Shown here: positions 12,504 to 26,563 of the stretch, piece by piece
Numbering within the stretch: position 1 is the first letter of the stretch
Layout of the letters: every line of letters begins with the position of its first letter
Assembly: GCA_021613535.1 (NCBI GenBank)
Contig: CP075494.1
Location: forward strand, 7,626,001-7,690,000
Direction of reading: 5' to 3'
Length of the DNA stretch: 64,000 bases
Source of the DNA: Adineta vaga
Taxonomy: Eukaryota > Animalia > Rotifera
Notes under the pieces: model-generated
Database searches by the model: none
What the model was told of the DNA's origin: nothing
Seen by the model: the letters and a program-made list of their open reading frames with translations, nothing else
Translations under genes and position numbers: made by a program

Positions 12504-15210
12504 ATGAGTGAAGATACGGGCAAATCACCCGTTGAACAACCAATCTCATCATCAACTCCGCATACAGAAATCAAAGTTTTCTACTATATCGATGATCAAG
12601 ATCCACCCTATTTAACCAAATTAAATGTTACTGGTGCACCATATTTACGAGATTTTAAAAATGCTCTTGATCGAAATTGTGCAAAATATAAATTTTTCTT
12701 CGCAACAAACGATCCATCCATTGGAAAAGTGAAAGAAGAAATTGTTAATGATGATCAAATTCTACCATTTGATACACAAGATCGTATCCTTGCTTATCTT
12801 GTATCAATCGAAGGTAGTACAACGTCAAGTTGGCGGCGGTAGTGGAAGTAAACCGACGAAACATCCTCATCATTTTCGTGATGATACAATGTTAACATCA
12901 ACAACAAATAGTTCATTTAATATTCAACAACCACGTTTGCAACGTATGAGTCGACGTTATGCATCAGCGAATAGTGCAGATTATCAGAAATATTTCGCAA
13001 AACCACGAGCGATTAATGATGCTTCTTCATTTCCAAGTAGTGATTTAGAATCAACAACATTTCTCGATGAAACTGAAGATGATAGGTAAGAAAATTTGTC
13101 TTGATCCTTTTTTTTTATAGAAAACAATATTTTATTCATTTTTCCTTCAGATATTCAACGGTTACAGATTCAACAACTATTTCTTCACGATATCATGGTC
13201 GAAATCGACCTCGCCGCAGAAAACATCGATTACCATCAGGACTTGACCGAGTATGATCATTCATTTTCGTATTCATATTCAAATTCAATTCTTGTTTCAG
13301 GCATCGTCATTCAGTAGTTTAAATTCGGATTCAACAATGACATTGAATATTATTACGGTTACTCTTAACTTAGGTATGTGTCTGCATTGGTAATTAGTCA
13401 TAGTCTTGACTAATATAAATCAAATCATTTTTAGATGCAGTCAATTTTTTGGGTATTAGTATTGTCGGTCAAAGCGATAAGACAGGATCTAGTGACGGCG
13501 GAATTTATGTTGGTTCAATTATGAAAGGGTATGAATCTTTTTGTTTTTGCACCAAAGAAATAATACAAAAATTCTAATTTATTGTTTTGTCTAGAGGTGC
13601 TGTTGCTCAAGATGGTCGAATTGAACCAGGTGATATGATTCTTCAAGTCAATGATATAAGTTTTGAAGGTTTATCAAATGACGATGCAGTTAAAATTCTA
13701 CGTGAAACTGTACAGAAACCTGGGTAAGGATTCTTTTTTGTCAATTATCATTTAATCTTGCCTTATTGTTTCTCATTAGTCCAATCAAATTAGTCGTAGC
13801 AAAATGTTGGGATCCAACACCTCGAGGTTATTTCACATTACCTCGCCATGAACAAGCACGTCCGGTTGATCCTCTATCATGGCTTGCACATACTCAAGCT
13901 GTACAAAACACATATAATAATCCTCAACAACAAGTTCTACTTCATCAGCGACAATCAGTTCTTAATTCAACAACAAATATGAGTTCAACAATATCAAGTA
14001 CAAATAATACAATGATTGATAATCAACGTATGTTTTCATTTCAATTGATATGAAATCAATTCTATTGTTTTTATTTCGCTGAAGGTTTTGGTCTTGATCT
14101 AAATTTAACAATCAATTCTGATATGGATACAATTGTACGAGCAATGGCAGAACCCGATTCAGGTTTAGATATACGTGATAGAATATGGCTTAAAATGCCC
14201 ATACCAAAGTCATTTCTCGGTAAAGATTAACGATTCAGTTCTTTTTTATTCAAAGAAGGAAAATATGTTATATTTAGGTTCTGATTTGGTTAATTGGTTA
14301 TTTGAAAATGTCGATGGCTTTGTTAATCGAAATGATGCAAGAAAATATTCTTCATCAATGCTTAAAGCAGGTTATATTAGGCATACAGTTCATAAATTAA
14401 CCTTTTCTGAACAGTGTTATTATGTTTTTGGCGATATTTATTCACAAGGTAGAATCATAACAATCTTTTCCCACCCTTATTTCACACTTTATTCATTCAT
14501 TCAGGTCTCTCTCAATTAACACTTGATGAAGAACCGGAAGATTATGAATCTGTTTCTGATCATACTAATACTACTGATCGTCGTAGTGGTGATTCAATAT
14601 TGACAACATCAACAGCAAGACAACATACGGTTACAACATTCGGTTTCGTTGATAAAAATAATGCGCCACTTCAATCACCCACCCAATCATTTCTAACTGA
14701 TACACATCATTCAGGTAAGATTAAATGACTGCTAGATAACAAACAAGGAAAGAAAAAAAAACGAATGAAATACTTGTACTTAGTTATGCTTGTGAAAAAT
14801 TCTCATTGTCGACATCTTTCATGCATCAATCCGATGGCTTTATGCAATAGCAATGATGATAATGATTTAACGACATGTTCATCATCTGTCGATGTATAAT
14901 TTCATCTGTATTCAGCATTTGTCGGATATAAACGATGCTATAAATATTCATTTTGTTCTATGTGTGATGAAAAACTTTCTTCTCTAATAAAAAAAAACTA
15001 TGATTTCTTATATTTTCTAATTCATAATTATACTTATGTTTTCCTTTTCTAGGTACACTTGGAACAAAATCATGTTCAACATCAACGAGTAGTGGTAGTG
15101 AAACACGACATTTAGTTGATGTACCGAATAAATTACGTTCAAGCAAAGAATCCTTTCAACGTGCGATGACAAATCCATTACCTCGAGAATTTTTCGTTGA
15201 TGTTATGTAA
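12504..15210 (+). CDS. DVL: Dishevelled (DIX-PDZ-DEP), multi-exon; apparent frameshift at ~12830
   Basis: DIX ([15 protein letters not shown]...[15 protein letters not shown]), [12 protein letters not shown] ([11 protein letters not shown]...[32 protein letters not shown]), VAKCWDP, DEP (DRIWLK...GSDLVNWL...[12 protein letters not shown]), C-terminus SFQRAM...EFFVDVM*. Confidence 0.93.
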
Positions 15211-15601
15211 TCAAATTTTTCTTCTCTCTTCGTTTTGTCAGATAATTAACAAACTAATTTTTTCTTGCTTTTTTTGCTTTTTTTTCTCGTGTATAAAAAA
15301 TTTCTGTGTGACTACTCTTCATCGTAGCATTTGAATATTCGTGTAGAAAGAAAACATAATCTATATTTAATCTCCGTCTTCCTCATCTCTTCTTTTCTCG
15401 TACTATTTTTTTGTGCTTACGCGCTTGCCTTTTTCTTTTCTTGAACAAAAATACAATTTCCTTTCGTCTTGGAATAATAAATATAAATAGAAACAGAAGC
15501 AGAAGAAAATTACAACATTTGTTTGATTTTCATTTTCTTTCAACAAATACAAAGTTTATTCAACGGAAAAGATAGATTATTTCTTTTTTCATTTCTTTTA
15601 G

Positions 15602-17608
15602 ATGTTTATTATCCTTCTCTTGATCAATATTTTTCTACTCCTGCCATCTCTTGTTCATAGTAATTGTTACTCGAAAGTGCCACAAATATGGTTTTGTAAT
15701 AATGCATCCCGTCCAACCATAGATCTCGATTATCAAACAGTATTAACTAATCAAAATTTGGAGAAATTTTTTCTAAAATTCTATCAATTATCTGAATTTA
15801 AAGTTGATGATTATTCGTCAACACTTTATTTATTAAATGCAAGTAATAATCAATTTGAAAAGGTTATTATTACTTCAAAACATCGATATACATCAAATCT
15901 TCGTCAATTAATACTTCAATCAAATAATATTCAACAACTGAATGTCGATACATTCATTCTACCAGAATTAGAAACCATTTCATTAGCAAATAATCGTTTA
16001 GAAATTCTTGATGCTCGTATTTTTTCTCATTTGAAAAAATTAACTAAACTTGATCTGAGACAGAATCAATTGAGACGTATTTTACCTCGATTATTATTGA
16101 ATCTCAATGTTCTTCTAAATAATAATCCATTAGAATGTCGATGTACACCGGAACATTATCGAGTTATGTGTGAAAACTCAACAAATATTAAACAGATGAC
16201 GGATAGTAATAATTGCATGGCACCTTATTTTTCACCTCAACTTGATAATAGTCCTTCGTTGCCGTATTTGCGTTTTTCTACATTTACTCTTACTTGTCCT
16301 ATTTATTCGGAACCGCCTCCTATCATTATTTGGTCAACACCATTCGGTAGTTTGACGTCAATGAATTCATCCGATATTGATCTAATTTCTTTAGAAAAAG
16401 ATGAACCCATCTATGTTGTCGTAATTGCTTTAGCTGGTCCATTCACTGCACGTACACGTCATCGTCTACATGCATTCGATACAAATCAATTATTAGTTAC
16501 ACAAGCTCGTGCTGGTTTGCGACATCGTATTTCTTGTTCAGGTATCAATATGCTTGGAGTATATAAACACGAATTTGATTTTCATATTGATTCTTACGGA
16601 CATAAATATCCTCTTTGGAATATTATTTATACAATGGGATTTGGATTTTTTATGGCACTTGTTGCTGGTGCACTTTGTGTATCAATTAAACGCACATCAT
16701 ACTATTCAGATGATCATCTGCGAACGCCACCTGTCTATCCAACAATGACAGCAAATAGTGCTGCACGTACACCACCGAATTTCGAATTGAATCAATGGTT
16801 ATCTGTTGCTGCAGCAAATATCAGTGGTACACTTGAACAAGTTCGAGATAGACTTCGTTCTGGCGTACAACATGTTAGTGAACATATGGGACAAACAATG
16901 GGTCGAGCTTCAGAATTGTTCACTTATGGTGTCCAACATGCCGGTGGAACTATTCGACAAGCTGCAGAATCGTAAATATTTTCTCTAATGAAAACACTCA
17001 TATTCATCAACTTGATAATCTTTCTTTTTAGATCTGCTGCATATCTTCATTCATTTCGTGAAACAAGTCAACAACGACTGAATGTAATGCGTGTTCAAAC
17101 CGTATCATCATTACGTAATCCAGGTAGTTTAATGCGTGCTGGTATGCATATGTTAACAACACAAGTCAATTCATTACGTGATTATTGTGGTGTAACAACA
17201 GGTAATACTATTCCAACAAATTATCTACTACAACAACAAATTCATCAGACACAACAATCACCTGGTATCGTGCCATATTTCCATCCACATTTTCAAATAC
17301 CGCCTATAACTGAAGACGATGAGTCTTTGATAGAATCAGCAGCATTATTAAATCCTTCAGGGCAAACCCCATATGCTGGATATACACCAGCAACTGTATC
17401 AATCGGTGCATCCGGCATTGGTCAACTTGATGCTGCAAGTAATTCAGCTCTATTAGCATTAAATAATTTTAATCAAGATCAAAATCGAGATGTTGGAAGT
17501 AGTGGACAAATGACAAGTGGAATTGGAACATTTCATGATCATACTGATGAACTTATCAATGAACCAGAAAGATTGACAATTTACGGTGGACAACGACCAC
17601 CCTCATGA
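15602..17608 (+). CDS. Type I membrane protein with signal peptide, LRRs, LRRCT, Ig-like domain, TM and long cytoplasmic tail; one intron ~16972-17032
   Basis: Signal peptide MFIILLLINIFLLLPSLVHS; LxxLxLxxN repeats; NNPLECRC; LTCPIYSEPPPIIIW Ig-like; TM IIYTMGFGFFMALVAGALCVSI. Confidence 0.85.
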
Positions 17609-18224
17609 GAGAGAGAAAGAAAGTTTTTGTCAGATGTTTAAAAATCAACTTTTACTTTACCAATGTCGGTATTATTTATATAGACATATATAGGAATGAA
17701 CTTTAAATCTATAGATTTCTAAAAAGTTTCGTGTCTTTCGTCTTATATTTTTTGTTCGTAATACTTTCATTGTTTCATGCAAGATTGATGGATGCTTTCA
17801 AAATCATTTACTTTAGACTATTGAAAACTTCAATAGGAACACGAAGTGATTGATCTGTTTTATTCTTTCTTTCTTTCTTTCTTTTTCCGGTTTTTAGTTA
17901 TACACAAAAGAACTATTCTATTTTAAAACTTTGTTTTCCTTAGTGTGATATAGAACAACGTGTAACACGATAATTCAATAAATATTGTTTTGTATTTAGT
18001 TCTTTCAGATGATGATCGACAAATTGTTATCATTTTCTACAGACGAATAAATCTGTCAGGTAAGTTACTTTCTCTCACTCACACTAATAGATTTATCGAG
18101 AATAATAAATAGCAACAAAGATCATACCTTAAATCTTATTCTATCTCTTATTTTTATTTAAACAGATTCCAATCATATTCGATCTAATCATTGTAAATAT
18201 CGTTCTCGAAATTGTGGTGAACAA

Positions 18225-19076
18225 ATGCAAACATCATCTTCCATCTTACTCAATTTAGAAACATTCAACAACGAATCATTTCATATTTTACCAAATAGTA
18301 ATATTTCAATAACATTTCGTTTTTTACGTCCTGGTGATCAATCCGAAGTGAAATCACTCTGTCATGATTGGTTTCCTGTTGAATATCCTGACAAATGGTA
18401 TGATGATATCGTTCATAATAAGAAATATTTTTCCCTAGCAGCATGTGATGTTTGTACGCAACAAATTCTCGGTTTAATTGTTGCAACTATTCTTCCATTA
18501 GGTAGTTGTAATCGTGAAGATCAACAAATTCTACATAAAATCTTTTCATTAACAACATCAGTTTGTTATATATTAATATTAGGTGTTGCGAAAGAATATC
18601 GACGACAAGGTCTAGCAAATCTTCTCTTAGAAAATTTATTAAATACATTATCGAATTATGAAACATGTAAAGCTGTTTATTTACATGTTTTATATTCGAA
18701 TAAATCGGCAATACAATTTTATCAAACGAAATCATTTCAATATCGTAAACATCTACCTTATTATTACTTAATTAAAGGCCAACATTTTGATGCATATTGT
18801 TTTACTCGTTATATTAATGGTAAAAGAACACGGCTTTTATTTTCAAAGCGAATTTCAATAAATATTGATTTCTATTTAGGTGGTTATCCTCCATTAACTA
18901 TATCAGATTTAATTACAAATCTATGCATATATATATCCAAAGCAAATCCATGTCGATTACTCAATACAATGGGATATTTTGTAACAGATAAATTTTTCTT
19001 TCTGAATACTAATAAACGTCTGTCATCATTGTCGTCGTCATCGTCATCATATAAACACTTATCACGTGTTGTATAA
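18225..19076 (+). CDS. NAA60: N-alpha-acetyltransferase 60 (NatF); 60-nt intron 18820-18879
   Basis: LCHDWFPVEYPDKWY, YILILGVAKEYRRQGLA acetyl-CoA motif, KAVYLHVL, HLPYYYLIKG, YINGG.PP characteristic of NAA60. Confidence 0.92.
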   Translation: MQTSSSILLNLETFNNESFHILPNSNISITFRFLRPGDQSEVKSLCHDWFPVEYPDKWYDDIVHNKKYFSLAACDVCTQQILGLIVATILPLGSCNREDQQILHKIFSLTTSVCYILILGVAKEYRRQGLANLLLENLLNTLSNYETCKAVYLHVLYSNKSAIQFYQTKSFQYRKHLPYYYLIKGQHFDAYCFTRYINGKRTRLLFSKRISINIDFYLGGYPPLTISDLITNLCIYISKANPCRLLNTMGYFVTDKFFFLNTNKRLSSLSSSSSSYKHLSRVV

Positions 19077-20094
19077 ATTTTTCGATAATTATCTGTTTAT
19101 CTATGAAATAAACAACAAAATCTTAGTGATAATCATGATGTTTTCTATTAAAATGAAAAATCTAGTAGTCTTTGCATGTACTGACGTCAGTGAAAATTAT
19201 TGAAATATTAATAATAGAATGCATGCCAAAAGGATACGAATGACAGGCATGTTAACATTTTATTTCCTATCTAATGATGAACGGAAACCGATAAAAATGT
19301 CGTGTGCAGAGTAGAACGTCAAGTTACCTTTCATCTCATACGAAGTTATCATCTTCATGTCATCGAAACATAAAGATAAATTAAAGAATTGACACTGTCT
19401 TTAGGTAATTATACATTTTCAAACACGCGAACTCATCGAAAGAATTACTTTCCACATTGATTAACAAGTTTATATGAAAATTATAAATATATATACATAA
19501 GATCGACATTTGTACTAGGAAATATTTGCTTCTAAAGTACATCTAAACAGAATTGATTGTTTTTTTCTTGCAAATATTTATATTTATGAATTGCGTCGAG
19601 ACCCATTTTGTTTTGTTCATCGCATACGCATGAAAACTCATTAAAAATTTGTTAATAATTGAATAACACATATTTAACAAAAAAAGAAATGCTGATAATG
19701 CTTATTATATTAAGATAAAATAAGACTAGCTAGAAATTGATCGAAAAGAATAGAGAACAGTGACTGACAAGGCTTAAAAGCCTTTTAGAAACTCATTCAT
19801 GTATTTTTTTTCTATTTTTCATATATATATATATATCCGAAAATGCAATTTGTATCTTTAATCAGTTTGTCATTTTCTCGTTTCCATTTAGTTTCTCTCT
19901 GTAGAATAACAACATATCCATTAGTTGAAGAGATAAAACGTTTAGTTTGTAAATGTTCGAGGTTTATTAACAATTTTTTATTTATAATGAAAATTTGCTT
20001 TGATTTTATTCAATTATCTTCTATGTGCAACTGCTATAGATAACATCATATTTGTTGTTTATTGAAATGATAATAGTTAAAATATTATTTGTCT

Positions 20095-22069
20095 TTATAC
20101 AGGATTACTCGATCGTTTTTGACATGGTTCGGGATGTACAGAACCGAATACATTCAATTCAAATGAACACATCAGAATGATGACAGTTAACCAGATGAAA
20201 ATTAGAAAAACGCCATAAAGTTTTGTAAGACGACATCGATTGATGAAGAATGTTAAAAGGAAGATAATCAACGCCATAAAAAGAACAATTGTAGAATAAA
20301 CTAATCCTCGTGAGTGAATTTCGACATAGAATGGTACATTTGTTGATTGAATGTTCAAACTATTATCAATTGATAAACTTGTTGTTAGAATAGCAAGATT
20401 TGAATCATGTATTAATGGTGGTGGTGGTTGATAAGTAAAACGCATTAAATTACGAAATAACCATGGAATACCTAAACCCATAAGAATATCAAAAACATTC
20501 GAACCAATTGAACCTGCAATAGCCATTTCTGGATGACCACGTCGTGTCATAACAATTGCTGAGAAAATTTCTTCAATTGATGAACCAATTGCTAATATTG
20601 TTAAACCCATAATACTATCTCGAACGTTTAAAGTATAACCAACAATGACAACAAGCCATACAAGAAGATAGGCTAGACCAGCAACCTACAAAATCAGAAA
20701 ACTTTTTCATACGAAAAAAAGGATCAATCATAAACTTTATTTACCCAAATCGTTGACATGACAAATGTAAGCATATAATAATTATGAAAAACTTCTTTTC
20801 GACAATCTGGAATAGTAATATGCATAAGTAAACGAACAGGATACATCAAAATCCATTTTAAAATTTTATATTTCTTCTTTGGTAATTTAAGTGGATCAAA
20901 TATTTCAGTTGCATTTGCAACTATTTGATGATTATCTAATGTATCTTTCAAACGTTTTTGACATGGTTTATATGTTGAACGTCGTTTCATATACTGATTT
21001 CCCATAATTGTTGTTGCTGTATTCATCATAACAGATTCGGATACTGAACGAGCACGTAATGCAAGATTTTGTTCTATTTCAACATTATCATTCAGTGATT
21101 GTAATTGTTCGAGATGATGATCACTTGATTTACCATGTGGTGGATTTGTTGATGTATTACCATGTATTAAACGTGCGATTCGATCATTAAATTTTAAGAT
21201 AGCAACATAAACAAAATAGAGTAAAACGAGAGCTAATCCTTCGTACCAATAGACACGTTGATCATAGATAATTACAAAAAGTACAGCAACTGCAATACAA
21301 TAAAATCCAGCATCTCGAACAATTGGATATGCATCCAATTGGCAGACAGTTGTTGATGTAAGTGCACATAGAGCAATGACAAATAGCACATTAAATACAG
21401 CCGAACCGACAATAGTACCCACTTAAAAAAAAGAAAGAATTACTAAATTAATTTTCAAGAAAGAAATAAGTGTTAGTTTTCTTTTCTTCCATTTTAATCT
21501 AAATATAAAAAACTAAACTCACAAAAAAAAGAAACATTTCCGATTTACTCGTCTAACTATGGTGTATTTTAAGTTTGTTTATAAAAACTCATACTTACAC
21601 GCAATATCCGATTTAACAAAGAAAACACCAACAATTGAAGTGAAAAATTCCGATGCTGATGTAGCTAATGCCATAAATGTTGCTCCAGCAACATCCTATC
21701 AAACAAATCATTACTAAATTATTAGTTTATTTATCTTTCGAAAAAATGTTTTACCGGTGTTAAATTTAAATTATAGCTGATTTTTTCTAAGGCTGATGCA
21801 AAATAATCATCACAAACAATTTCAATTGCTGCAAATGAATACAATATAAGAAGTATATGAATTAGAACACCACCTTGACGAAGTTGTTCATTACTAAAAA
21901 TTAATGTCGGAAATTCATCAATCGATGCTGATTCACATTTATTAGTTGCATTTTCTTTAACTAATTCAGTTGATTTGATATCCTTGATTGAAAGTGTATT
22001 TGTTGTCGCGAAAAATATTTGAAAAATAAGTCCAAAAAGACTAACTAATATGATTTGTCGACGAATCAT
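20095..22069 (-). CDS. K+-dependent Na+/Ca2+ exchanger (NCKX/SLC24 family), multi-exon
   Basis: DEFP..IFS, IVCDDYF, DVAGATFMALATSASEFFTS alpha-1, GTIVGSAVFN, MGLTILAIGSS alpha-2, AIAGSIGSNVFDILMGLGIPW. Confidence 0.92.
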
Positions 22070-24092
22070 AGTAATGGATGCACACGAAAGAATCTAATAA
22101 TCTTCATCTATAATCAAGTGTAAATCTATAGAGTAATAGTTAAAAGAAATTAATGATTGACTAGTTGATTATCTCCGAGAAAAGAAAAGAAAAGAAAAGA
22201 AAAAAGGTCTTATTTTTTTGTCATTATAAATGTCATTTTTTCTCGTCGATGAGCATTGAATAGTTTGACAAGGTAAAGAGCTTTTTCTCTTTAAATATCA
22301 GGAAAAAACGTTATTCACTTACTTAGTCTCGATTCAAACGAAAGCGCATGACAGTCATTATGAATATGAGTGTACATACATGACAAAAGAAGAAAAAATT
22401 TTTGAATCACAATATTAAAAAAATGATTGCTTTCTCTTGTGATACTCTCGTTCTCTCTCTCTACGTTTTTCTCTCTCCTCCTTTCGTTTCCCTCTCAGTG
22501 TGTGACATTAAAAAAGAAAAGGATAGTTTCTTGCTAAACTGCCTTGCATGAGAAAATATTGCGATAGACGGCACAGCAGCCGAAGAGAGGGTTGTCAAGC
22601 CAATTCTTCGTCTTGTCGTTTTCTTCGATTCTTTTTATGTCTATGTAACTCATATAGTTCTCCAAACATGAACGAAGAGAATCTGCTAGAATAATGGCTT
22701 TTACTACCGTATGCCATGGCATATAAGCATAATTCATATTCTCGAAATTAGAAATATGTAAGAAAATACCTTTTTTCTCCCTAAGATAAAGAAAGAAAAA
22801 CGAACCGAAGTGGAAAAAAAGACATCGACTGAACATGACAGAGGATTAACGATTTGCCTAAAAACATCATGTCAAAGAATCTAATGATATGTTTTCTAGT
22901 ACGTTAGATAAAACTCTCTTTCTATATTTATACATTCTTAAACTCTTACCTTAACCTGTCTTTAATCTTCAAATGAAAATCTTCTGAAACAAAAAAAAAT
23001 CGAGGGTGTGCCTAGAGCATACTGTCAAATAGATTGATCTAATTGCTAAAGAGATACTTATGTACTTAGGGAAAAGGAAGAAGAAACATGTTATTGTTGT
23101 GGTTATTTGTTGATTTTTGTAGCATCTCATGGGAGATTCTCAGAGTATTCAATCGACTCAGCACGCATACAATGAATGAATATAGAGATGCACACATCCG
23201 TCGAAACATACTTTACAGTGTCATTTCCGTTGTCGACCATCAAAAAAAAAGAGAGAGAGAGAGGAGAGGAGAGGAAAAAGACAGATATAAACATATTTCC
23301 GCTTGAGTAGAAATTTATAAAGCTTATCAAAAAAAATCTGCACGACTTGTTCGCATTTCCGAAATAATTATCACTGTACGCTTGTCTATTATAGTCATTT
23401 GAAATGAATGTTACGATCAAATTATTCTTAGTCATTCGTTAATAGAACTACTTGATAGAAATATGAGATAATTTTCATCCTTTCTTGACAATACTTCTTT
23501 CTCATTTAAAAGCATATCAATGTGTAATGTGCCAAAAGCTTTTAAAAACATATTCACATAGTTTTGTTCTTCATCATATTAATCATGCTAAAGTAGTGTA
23601 TATTAGTTATGAAGTTCGACTCTTAATTAAATTTAAATGACAAGTTCATGTTCAAAGGAAAAAATGCTTTTAGTAGAATTTATTCCTAATGAGTGACGAA
23701 ATGTCTGGTCAAACGTACCATTCATTTTATCATAAATAATTTTCTTGTTAAGATGTGTTTTATTCTTTCGAGTCTGTAATTTGCGTAGACTTTCAGATAC
23801 TTATAGAGTATAATTAAAGGTTTAACGTTAATCATTATTTTAGTATAAATCTTCTTATCGTATGCATTTTGGAAAGAAATGTTGTTTTTTTTCTCTCATT
23901 ATGTTTTGTTCTTCTCGATAATCACATATATCAAAGAGAAAAGGAAAAAAAAGAGAAAAACTCGGCAATAGCAAAACAAACAAAAGATATCTTCTTTTCT
24001 GTGAATGTTGGTGAAAGATTGAACTACAGGAAAAAAAAACAATGAAGATTTGTTTTTCTTCTAACAGTTATGTTCGAAACGTGAACGTCTTC

Positions 24093-26563
24093 CTAAACCA
24101 TTCCACCACCCATCAAATTTGAAAAGCCACCAGGTGGAGGAAAACCGCCGGGAAAATTTAAACTAAGACGTCGAATTGCTCGACCTTGTGCTCGAATAGC
24201 ATAGAGTAAAGCAGCATATTGAAGAAGTTTTTCATCACCACGAGTACATTTTATTGCACGTTCATATAATTTTGCAGCTTCTTCAAAATCATTTCTAAAT
24301 CAAACGAATATTTTATTGAAAAAGTAAAGAAAACGTTTGATTGAATAACAAACCGATTGCATTTGAATATTGCAAACATGGTTAGAACAGTTTCATTGGA
24401 AGGATCCAGTTGAAGTGCATCTGTAAAGAGTTTTTCTGCTTCAGCATTATTCGATGGATCAGTTGACATTAAACAATTTCTAAATAGAAAAATATTATTT
24501 ATGAAATTCTAATTTAATACTATGAAAAAATATTATTGACATGATGCCAACATGCAAAAGATTACTCGAGGGGAAAATTACGTTAAATACTTATATACGA
24601 GATTAAACGATACAAGGTTGTCGTTGAACCGTATTTTTTGAGAACAACTTTATAGAGAATTAATCTATACGTACGCTTTTAAAGCCATTAATGTTGGATT
24701 ATCTGGTATTTCTCTGACGAATTTATTTAAATATTGAAGTGCTTTGTCTTTTCGATCATTATCCAAATAACACTAAATATATATCAATATTTGTTTTTTC
24801 AACATTTCATTTTTATGAATATTTACAGATGTTAATGCAAGTGCATAGTAAATATCGTGTTTACATGTATCAAAATATTCTTCGAAACTAGCTAATGCTT
24901 GTTCAACACGTTCAGGTCGATTTTCTTTAGCACCTATCTTGGCATCATTGATTAATTTTTGATATTTTGCTCGAAGATTTGTTGGAGCGATATTCAATGC
25001 TTCAGTAAAATCATCATATGCTTCGGAATAACTTTCTAATAAAGTTTTCAACTAAATGATAACAATAAAATCAAACGAGAGAAAACATTGATGAAACAAC
25101 AAACCATTCCACGATGAACACGTGGTGAACATTCAAATGGATGATTATTAACACATTGATCATATTCTTGTAAAGCTCCTTCCAAATCACGTTGATGAAT
25201 TTTCGTATTTGCTCGTTTTAATTCAGCATTTAGTTTCAACTAAAATTTCAAAAATAATCTCTAAAATAAAATTGATTATTTCATTTAACAAAACCTTTTC
25301 TGACGCTTCAGGATTGCTAATCACACTATTAAAATCAGCGATGGCTTCGCTATAATTACCCATTAATAAATAGAATGAACCACGTAATAATAGTGTCTGT
25401 AATTCATAGGGGGATGAATCAAATAGTTCAAGTTCTTGTGTACATAATGATGGAATATCAGTGAAACGTCCTTCATCAAATGCTTGATAAGCACGTGCTA
25501 ATGGACTATCAGGTTGAGCAGCAAGAACCTCATTAATAAATGCTTGACTAATCGTTGGATCATCTTCGAATTCATTGAGTGATGTACGAACAAAATCTTT
25601 CGATAATTCAGCATCACTCTAATTTTAACAGAAGAGGATGAATTAACTTCGAAAAAATGATTTTTTCACTTACGGGAGGTAAAGTTTCTATATAACGTTT
25701 TGCTAATTCAGTTAAAACTTTATCAGCAGCCATTATATATGCTGGCTGATATGAATCAATGAAACATACTGTTGAATAATCTATGGAAGATTTCGAATTT
25801 TAAAAATAATGTCAACAGAATAGAACAAACCTTCAAGAGCTAATTCAAAATTTTCAATTGTTTCCGCTGCACGAGCACGCCGTTGAATACATTTGATGTA
25901 TTTCGCATTGAGTTCAATAGCTTTTGAACAATCTTCGATGACTTTGTCATAATTTTTCTAAATCATAAGTTAAAAAGTTAGAGAAAGAAATCCACAAGAT
26001 AATCTCACTAATGATTCCCAAGCAGCTGCACGATTCTGATAGAATTGTGAAAGTTCTTCGGTTGATTCAGATGGACATGCTTCAATTGCTTCTACAAATA
26101 CAATCAAAATGTATATGAAAAATTGAAATGAACAAATTTTCATGGTCTCACTCGTATAGAAATCAATTGCATCGTTAAATTTTTGTTCACGATATTTGAC
26201 ATTACCTTCATTTTTCAAATCGATAGCTAATGCTAAACGATTCTAATTATCGATAATAAAAAGTGAATATGTAATAAAACGAGAAAAGAAGAGAATTTTA
26301 GCTAAAACCTTTGGTCGATTATCTAATGTTGCATCTCCAGCAGCTTTTGATAATGGTGTTGGCAATGGCGAACGTCGAGTAGTTGATGTTTTATCTTGTT
26401 TCTGTTGTTGTCGATATACTAAGTATGCAGCAACACAAACTGCAGTTGGTACTCCAATAATCAATGCCCATTTTGCTATACGTTTGCCTAAATCATTCGC
26501 TGGATTATTTGAATTTGTCGTTGATGATGAACTTGCTGCAACAGTACGAAGATAGGAAGCCAT
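24093..26563 (-). CDS. TOMM70: Mitochondrial import receptor TOM70 (N-terminal anchor plus TPR repeats), multi-exon
   Basis: N-terminal TM (WALIIGVPTAVCVAAYLVY) followed by basic linker; KNEGNVKY...AIDFYTEAIEACP...FYQNRAAAWE...DCSKAIELNAKYIKCIQRRARA clamp TPRs; further TPRs; TAG at 24093-24095. Confidence 0.85.

Noticed and set aside
22100-24050. Short ORFs in the NCKX upstream region (22534-22836, 23088-23435)
   Set aside because: Compositionally biased AT-rich ORFs with no recognisable motifs or consistent splice structure
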